From: Bacteroidales bacterium
Lineage (GTDB): Bacteria; Bacteroidota; Bacteroidia; Bacteroidales; WCHB1-69
Assembly: GCA_045534635.1 (NCBI GenBank)
Contig: JAZSKB010000039.1
Span: 74,722-106,721 of the forward strand
Reading direction: 5' to 3'
DNA: 32,000 bases
In this document: piece after piece, positions 26,888 through 32,000 of the stretch
Layout: each line of letters opens with the position of its first letter
Numbering within the stretch: the stretch's first letter is position 1
Position numbers and translations under genes: made by a program
Notes under the pieces: model-generated
The model's database searches: none
The model's input: the letters and a program-made list of their open reading frames with translations, nothing else
Told to the model about the DNA's origin: nothing

Positions 26888-27445
26888 TTATTTTTCTGCT
26901 GATTTACCAACTTTTCTACGAACAACCTCACCTTGGAAACGAATACCTTTACCTTTGTATGGTTCTGGTTTACGATAAGACCTGATTTTATTCGCAACTT
27001 GACCTAATAATTGTTTATCAGCACTCATCAACTTAATCAATGGGTCTTTCCCTTTTTCTGTTATTGTTTCAACAGTGATTTCTTTTGGAAACTCAAATAT
27101 AATATTATGAGAATATCCTAAAGATAGTTCTAATATTTGACCTGTTGCTTGAGCTTTGTATCCAGTTCCCACCAATTGTTGAACAATAGTAAAACCTTCT
27201 GATACACCATGTACCATATTCGCTAAAAGTGAACGATACAATCCATGCAATGCTTTATGTCTTTTTTGTTCTGTATGACGTTCTACATGCATTACCCCCT
27301 CTTCCATAGAAAGAGTGATACAAGGATCTACATATTGTTGCAATTCACCTTTAGGTCCTTTTACAGTTACAATATGTGTTTTTTCGTCAACATTTATATT
27401 AACACCACTGGGTAATGATATGGGTAATTTACCTATTCTTGACAT
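26888..27445 (-). CDS. rplF: 50S ribosomal protein L6 (uL6)
   Basis: MSRIGKLPISLPSGV N-terminus, with PEPYKGKGIRF. Confidence 0.95.
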   Translation of the reverse strand: MSRIGKLPISLPSGVNINVDEKTHIVTVKGPKGELQQYVDPCITLSMEEGVMHVERHTEQKRHKALHGLYRSLLANMVHGVSEGFTIVQQLVGTGYKAQATGQILELSLGYSHNIIFEFPKEITVETITEKGKDPLIKLMSADKQLLGQVANKIRSYRKPEPYKGKGIRFQGEVVRRKVGKSAEK

Positions 27446-27463
27446 TCTTTTATCCTCCTTTTA

Positions 27464-27862
27464 TTAACTGATGTAACAAATAACTTCACCACCGATACCC
27501 AAACTACGAGCTTCTTTATCGGTCATCAAACCTCGTGAAGTTGAAATAATAGCGATACCCAATCCATTCAATACGCGAGGCAATTCATCTGCTCCCACAT
27601 ATTTACGTAAACCAGGACGACTAACGCGTTTCAATTCTGTAATTGCACATTGTTTAGAAATAGGATGGTATTTCAAAGCAATCTTTATCATCCCTGGTAT
27701 ACTTGAATCTTCAAATTTATAATTTAAAATATAACCTTTTTCAAACAATATTTTTGTCATTTCTCTTTTCATATTTGACATAGGTATTTCTACTACCCTA
27801 TGTTTTGCCATCACGGCATTACGTATTCTTGTCAAATAATCTGCTATTGGATCCGTATTCAT
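27464..27862 (-). CDS. rpsH: 30S ribosomal protein S8 (uS8)
   Basis: Contains [13 protein letters not shown] and ends with GGEVICYIS. Confidence 0.95.
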   Translation of the reverse strand: MNTDPIADYLTRIRNAVMAKHRVVEIPMSNMKREMTKILFEKGYILNYKFEDSSIPGMIKIALKYHPISKQCAITELKRVSRPGLRKYVGADELPRVLNGLGIAIISTSRGLMTDKEARSLGIGGEVICYIS

Positions 27863-27883
27863 CTTTCTTAATTTTAAATTAAT

Positions 27884-28153
27884 TTACCAACTTGCTTTTT
27901 TTACACCTGGAATCAAACCTTTTGAAGCCATTTCTCTAAAATTGATACGAGAAAGACCAAAAGTTCTCATATATCCTTTTGGACGTCCTGTCAATTTGCA
28001 ACGATTATGCAATCTGATAGGATTTGAATTTGGTGGTAATTGTTGTAAACCTACCCAATCACCAGCTGCCTTTAATTCCGCTCTTTTGGCTGCATATTTT
28101 GCCACTAATTTTGCTCTTTTAACTTCACGAGCTTTCATTGACTCTTTTGCCAT
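27884..28153 (-). CDS. rpsN: 30S ribosomal protein S14 (uS14), long form
   Basis: 89 aa, with [32 protein letters not shown]. Confidence 0.93.
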   Translation of the reverse strand: MAKESMKAREVKRAKLVAKYAAKRAELKAAGDWVGLQQLPPNSNPIRLHNRCKLTGRPKGYMRTFGLSRINFREMASKGLIPGVKKASW

Positions 28154-28156
28154 ATC

Positions 28157-28714
28157 TTATTTCTTCTGATTTTTAAATGGTAATCCAAACTCTTTTAACA
28201 AAGCTAAACATTCTTCATCATTTTGTGCAGTTGTAACAAATGTAATATCCATACCATTGATTTTGTTTATTTTATCAATATCAATTTCTGGGAATATTAT
28301 TTGTTCAGTAACGCCCATAGAATAATTTCCTTTTCCGTCAAAACCTTTATCGTTAATACCTCTAAAATCACGAATACGAGGTATTGATACTGATATAAGT
28401 CTATCCAAAAATTCATACATTCTATCTCCACGTAAAGTTACGCGAACACCTACTGCATTACCTTTTCTAAGTTTGAAATTTGAAATATCCTTTCTTGACT
28501 TAGTAGCAACGGCTTTTTGACCTGCTATCATTGTCATTTCATTGATACCATTATCTATTAATTTTTTATCTGCGGTTGCAGCTCCAATACCTTGATTCAA
28601 ACAAATCTTAGTAATTTTCGGAATACGCATCACCGTTTTAAAATTAAATTGCTTTTGCAAAGCAGGTGCAATTTCTTTATTGTATTTTTCTCTTAATCTT
28701 GGTGTGTAGCTCAT
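28157..28714 (-). CDS. rplE: 50S ribosomal protein L5 (uL5)
   Basis: Contains the L5 core blocks [29 protein letters not shown] and [11 protein letters not shown]. Confidence 0.95.
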   Translation of the reverse strand: MSYTPRLREKYNKEIAPALQKQFNFKTVMRIPKITKICLNQGIGAATADKKLIDNGINEMTMIAGQKAVATKSRKDISNFKLRKGNAVGVRVTLRGDRMYEFLDRLISVSIPRIRDFRGINDKGFDGKGNYSMGVTEQIIFPEIDIDKINKINGMDITFVTTAQNDEECLALLKEFGLPFKNQKK

Positions 28715-29034
28715 TACTTAATCTCCTCTTTCGATTTTTTTGAATACCTTACTAACTTGCCATTATCTGCTACACGCCTTCCTATGCGAGTTGCATTTCC
28801 TTTGGAATCAACTAACATTAAATTGGAAATGTGAACAGAGGCTTCTTTCTTTACGATTCCTCCTTGTGGGGTTTTTGCAGTTGGTTTAGTACTTTTTGAT
28901 ACCATGTTTTTACCTTCTACAAACGCTCTGTAATTTTTAACATCAACTTTGAGCACTTTTCCGGTCTGTCCTTTATCATCCCCTGATAAAACTTTTACCG
29001 TGTCCCCTTTTTTTATATGTATCTTCGGTTGCAT
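28714..29034 (-). CDS. rplX: 50S ribosomal protein L24 (uL24)
   Basis: KOW motif [24 protein letters not shown]. Confidence 0.93.
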   Translation of the reverse strand: MQPKIHIKKGDTVKVLSGDDKGQTGKVLKVDVKNYRAFVEGKNMVSKSTKPTAKTPQGGIVKKEASVHISNLMLVDSKGNATRIGRRVADNGKLVRYSKKSKEEIK

Positions 29035-29060
29035 GTTTAATTAATTTTTTTCTTTATACA

Positions 29061-29429
29061 TTAAAGCACTTCTGGTGCTAATGAAACTATTTTCATATAT
29101 TGTTTTTCTCTAAGTTCGCGGGCCACAGGTCCAAATATACGAGTTCCACGTAATTCATCTGAAGCGGTTAACAATACGACAGCATTATCATCAAAACGGA
29201 TATAAGAGCCATCGTTTCTACGAACTTCTTTTGTTGTTCTTACAACAACAGCTTTGCTAACTGTACCTTTTTTTATTGAACCAGAAGGGATTGCGTCTTT
29301 TACTGTTACAACGATTTTATCGCCAACGGTAGCATAACGCTTTTTTGTTCCTCCCAATACTCGGATACACAATACTTCTTTAGCACCACTATTGTCTGCC
29401 ACTGATAATCTTGATTCTTGTTGTATCAT
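29061..29429 (-). CDS. rplN: 50S ribosomal protein L14 (uL14)
   Basis: [27 protein letters not shown]. Confidence 0.96.
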   Translation of the reverse strand: MIQQESRLSVADNSGAKEVLCIRVLGGTKKRYATVGDKIVVTVKDAIPSGSIKKGTVSKAVVVRTTKEVRRNDGSYIRFDDNAVVLLTASDELRGTRIFGPVARELREKQYMKIVSLAPEVL

Positions 29430-29431
29430 CT

Positions 29432-29686
29432 TTACTTAGCCTTTTCTATTATTTCTACTAATCTCCAGCATTTGTTTTTACTCAAAGGTCTGGTTTCCAT
29501 AATTCTAACAACATCACCTATTTCACATTCATTTTTTTCATCATGTGCCATAAAGTTAGATGATCTTTTTAGGAACTTTCCATATTTCGGGTGTTTGAAC
29601 TTACGTTCTACCTTCACAACGATAGATTTTTCCATCTTGTTACTTATTACAACACCTTCTCTTTGTTTTCTAAAATTTCTATCCAT
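29432..29686 (-). CDS. rpsQ: 30S ribosomal protein S17 (uS17)
   Basis: Contains [31 protein letters not shown]. Confidence 0.93.
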   Translation of the reverse strand: MDRNFRKQREGVVISNKMEKSIVVKVERKFKHPKYGKFLKRSSNFMAHDEKNECEIGDVVRIMETRPLSKNKCWRLVEIIEKAK

Positions 29687-29704
29687 ACCAAAAATTTATC
29701 TCTT

Positions 29705-29914
29705 TTATTTTACAGATTTATTTTCAGCAATCTCTCTTGAACGAATTTCCGTTTTAAGTCTTGCTATCGATTTACGATTTGCTGCAATTCTATTTGGATT
29801 TTCTATTGGAGAAACGGCATGATGCAATTTCAACTTTGCCAATTGCTTTACTTCCTCTTCCAATCTTTCGTACAACTCTTTTGTTGTAAGACCTGCTATC
29901 TCTGACTGTTTCAT
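29705..29914 (-). CDS. rpmC: 50S ribosomal protein L29 (uL29)
   Basis: 69 aa helical protein (LEEEVKQLAKLKLHHAV) in the slot between rplP and rpsQ. Confidence 0.88.
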   Translation of the reverse strand: MKQSEIAGLTTKELYERLEEEVKQLAKLKLHHAVSPIENPNRIAANRKSIARLKTEIRSREIAENKSVK

Positions 29915-29919
29915 TTTAA

Positions 29920-30348
29920 TTATATTGTTTCTTCTGAATAATCTCTTCTAACTATAAATTTTGTCAAGATTGGCAATTTTTGAGCGCCCAAACGCATAGC
30001 TTCGCGTGCAACATCAGTTGGTACACCATCTGCTTCAAACAGAATTCGACCTGGAGATATTCTTGCTACAAAATATTCTGGACTACCTTTACCTTTTCCC
30101 ATACGTACTTCCGCTGGTTTTTTAGTAATAGGTTTGTCTGGGAAAACTCTAATCCACAATTGACCTTCACGTTTCATATAACGTGTAATTGCTTGACGTG
30201 CTGCCTCTATTTGACGTCCTGTCAGCAAACATTCCTCAGTGGCTTTCATGGCAAAGGAACCAAATGCAATTTCTGCACCTCGTTTGGTATTCCCTTTCAT
30301 TTTGCCCTTTTGGACTCTTCTATATTTTGTCTTTTTTGGCTGTAACAT
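29920..30348 (-). CDS. rplP: 50S ribosomal protein L16 (uL16)
   Basis: [20 protein letters not shown]-terminus, with [14 protein letters not shown]. Confidence 0.96.
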   Translation of the reverse strand: MLQPKKTKYRRVQKGKMKGNTKRGAEIAFGSFAMKATEECLLTGRQIEAARQAITRYMKREGQLWIRVFPDKPITKKPAEVRMGKGKGSPEYFVARISPGRILFEADGVPTDVAREAMRLGAQKLPILTKFIVRRDYSEETI

Positions 30349-30376
30349 CGTTTATCTGATTTTTCCTTAATTAATA

Positions 30377-31126
30377 CTATTTTCTTCTTCTATCTCCGCC
30401 TCTTTCTGAGCGTTCTCTACCAAAATTGCCACCTCTTTCTCTTCTCATCATTTTACCTTGTTTGGAAGATGCTTCTGTTGACGCTTGAAATAGATCTTTT
30501 TTACCATAAACTAAACCTCTGCATATCCATACTTTAATACCTATTCTTCCATAAGTAGTATGTGCTTCTGCATGACTATAATCTATATCTGCACGCAAAG
30601 TATGCAATGGGGTTCTGCCTTCTTTATAATGTTCGGTACGTGCCATTTCGGCTCCACCTATACGACCAGAGATAGAAACTTTAATACCTTCTGCTCCTGA
30701 ACGCATTGTTGATGAAATCGCGTTTTTGATAGCTTTACGATAAAACGCACGACGTTCTATTTCTTCTGCTATCGTTTTGGCAACCAATACTGCGTCTAAT
30801 TCTGGACGTTTGATTTCACTGATATTGATTTGAACATCTTTTCCTGTGATTTTCTTCAATTCTTCTTTCAGCTTATCAACTTCTGAGCCCATTTTTCCGA
30901 TAATCAAACCTGGACGAGCGGTATTGATGGTTACTGTCACCAATTTCAAAGTTCTTTCGATATATATTTTCGAAATATTGGCTTTATGCAAACGTGTATT
31001 AAGGTATTTTCTGATTTTATCGTCTTCTACTAATTTTTGACCAAAATCTTTTCCACCATACCAGTTAGAATCCCATCCTCTAACGATTCCTAAACGTATT
31101 CCTATTGGATTAACTTTCTGTCCCAT
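30377..31126 (-). CDS. rpsC: 30S ribosomal protein S3 (uS3) with an R/G-rich C-terminal tail
   Basis: [21 protein letters not shown]-terminus, with KH domain and S3-C blocks. Confidence 0.96.
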   Translation of the reverse strand: MGQKVNPIGIRLGIVRGWDSNWYGGKDFGQKLVEDDKIRKYLNTRLHKANISKIYIERTLKLVTVTINTARPGLIIGKMGSEVDKLKEELKKITGKDVQINISEIKRPELDAVLVAKTIAEEIERRAFYRKAIKNAISSTMRSGAEGIKVSISGRIGGAEMARTEHYKEGRTPLHTLRADIDYSHAEAHTTYGRIGIKVWICRGLVYGKKDLFQASTEASSKQGKMMRRERGGNFGRERSERGGDRRRK

Positions 31127-31546
31127 TTATTCTTCTGTTTGATTTACGTTTTCTACTTTGCTATCTAATACTATTGTAATATGGTTTGAACGTCTTCTGA
31201 TTCTATAACCACGACCTTGAGGTGCGGTTCTCAATCTTTTCAATATGGTGCCACCATCTACAAATATTTCTTTTACGTACAAATTACTATCTTCTATTCT
31301 TGCATTTTCATTTTTTGCTTGCCAATTTGCAATAGCAGAAAGAAGCAATTTACGTATTTTTTCAGATGATTCTTTTTTACTATATTTCAAAACATTCAAA
31401 GCATAATCAACATTCTTACCTCTTATCAAATCTGCCATAAGGCGTGTTTTACGAGGAGATGTATTATTGTCCATCAGACGTGCTACGCATCTTGTGCGAT
31501 TATTTTCTTTTCTAGCTTCCGCAGCTAATCTTTTTCTTGCACCCAT
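31127..31546 (-). CDS. rplV: 50S ribosomal protein L22 (uL22)
   Basis: Contains SPRKTRLMADLIRGKNV..APQGRGYRIRRRSNHITIVL. Confidence 0.94.
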   Translation of the reverse strand: MGARKRLAAEARKENNRTRCVARLMDNNTSPRKTRLMADLIRGKNVDYALNVLKYSKKESSEKIRKLLLSAIANWQAKNENARIEDSNLYVKEIFVDGGTILKRLRTAPQGRGYRIRRRSNHITIVLDSKVENVNQTEE

Positions 31547-31565
31547 CTTTATTCTTTAATTTGCT

Positions 31566-31844
31566 TTATTTTTTTCCTTTATCTTTACTTCCAGCATGTC
31601 CACGGAATATGCGTGTTGGTGCAAATTCCCCTAATTTATGCCCTACCATATTTTCTGTTACATACACAGGAATAAATTTGTTTCCGTTATGAACAGCGAT
31701 TGTCTGACCAACGAAATCTGGAGAAATCATTGACGCACGACTCCATGTTTTAATGGTAACTTTTTTACCAGATTCCTGTGCTTCTATCACTCGTTTTTCG
31801 AGTTTATAGTGAATGTACGGACCTTTTCTTAATGATCTACTCAT
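31566..31844 (-). CDS. rpsS: 30S ribosomal protein S19 (uS19)
   Basis: [12 protein letters not shown]-terminus, with [27 protein letters not shown]. Confidence 0.96.
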   Translation of the reverse strand: MSRSLRKGPYIHYKLEKRVIEAQESGKKVTIKTWSRASMISPDFVGQTIAVHNGNKFIPVYVTENMVGHKLGEFAPTRIFRGHAGSKDKGKK

Positions 31845-31859
31845 TGTAACTACTTTTTA

Positions 31860-32000
31860 TTATTTCTTTCTTCTTTCTACTATAAATTGAGTTGAGGCTT
31901 TTTTAGGACGACGTGTTTTGTAGCCTTTAGCGATTAAGCCCTTACGTGAACGAGGATGTCCTCCTGAAGCTCTTCCTTCACCACCACCCATTGGGTGATC
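31860..32000 (-). CDS. rplB: 50S ribosomal protein L2 (uL2), C-terminal 46 codons only (gene continues beyond the window)
   Basis: Hand translation gives [46 protein letters not shown], then stop. HPxGGGEG is the conserved L2 C-terminal motif. Confidence 0.9.
   Translation of the reverse strand, partial: DHPMGGGEGRASGGHPRSRKGLIAKGYKTRRPKKASTQFIVERRKK

Overview
Visibly AT-rich chromosomal segment that looks like Bacteroidota. Supporting evidence: TAnnTTTG -7 promoter boxes before several transcription units, a DUF1573-yajC-YbbR-like cluster, secY-map-infA with no adk, and basic C-terminal tails on uS3 and bL17. There are three blocks. (1) 1-7100 is housekeeping: a partial BamD-like lipoprotein, an S9 peptidase, a tight RNA-gene cluster (SRP RNA, tsaC, RNase P RNA, tRNA-Phe), recJ, aroQ and an ftsB-like gene. 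(2) 7100-11130 is the only accessory-looking stretch. It holds a three-gene, overlapping, minus-strand Type IIS-like restriction-modification cassette: an SPPY methyltransferase, a DPPY methyltransferase strongly reminiscent of M.MboIIA, and a nuclease with a C-terminal HNH motif. Non-coding DNA flanks it on both sides. The upstream flank contains a GC-enriched, heavily base-paired element of about 210 nt that ends 6 nt before the first start codon. Beyond that lies an array of palindromic hairpin repeats. (3) 11133-32000 is core genome: dnaG, priA, DUF1573/yajC/YbbR-like, ribBA, an O-methyltransferase, an NlpE-like lipoprotein gene interrupted by one in-frame TAG, and the complete alpha/spc/S10-distal ribosomal protein cluster (rplQ back to a partial rplB) on the minus strand. 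I see no clearly novel multi-gene protein system. The best candidates for something undescribed are the structured RNA-like element upstream of the R-M operon, the hairpin repeat family with covarying stems, and the 63-bp palindromic insert carrying the stop codon in the NlpE-like gene. All homology statements come from motif recognition and memory, not from searches.
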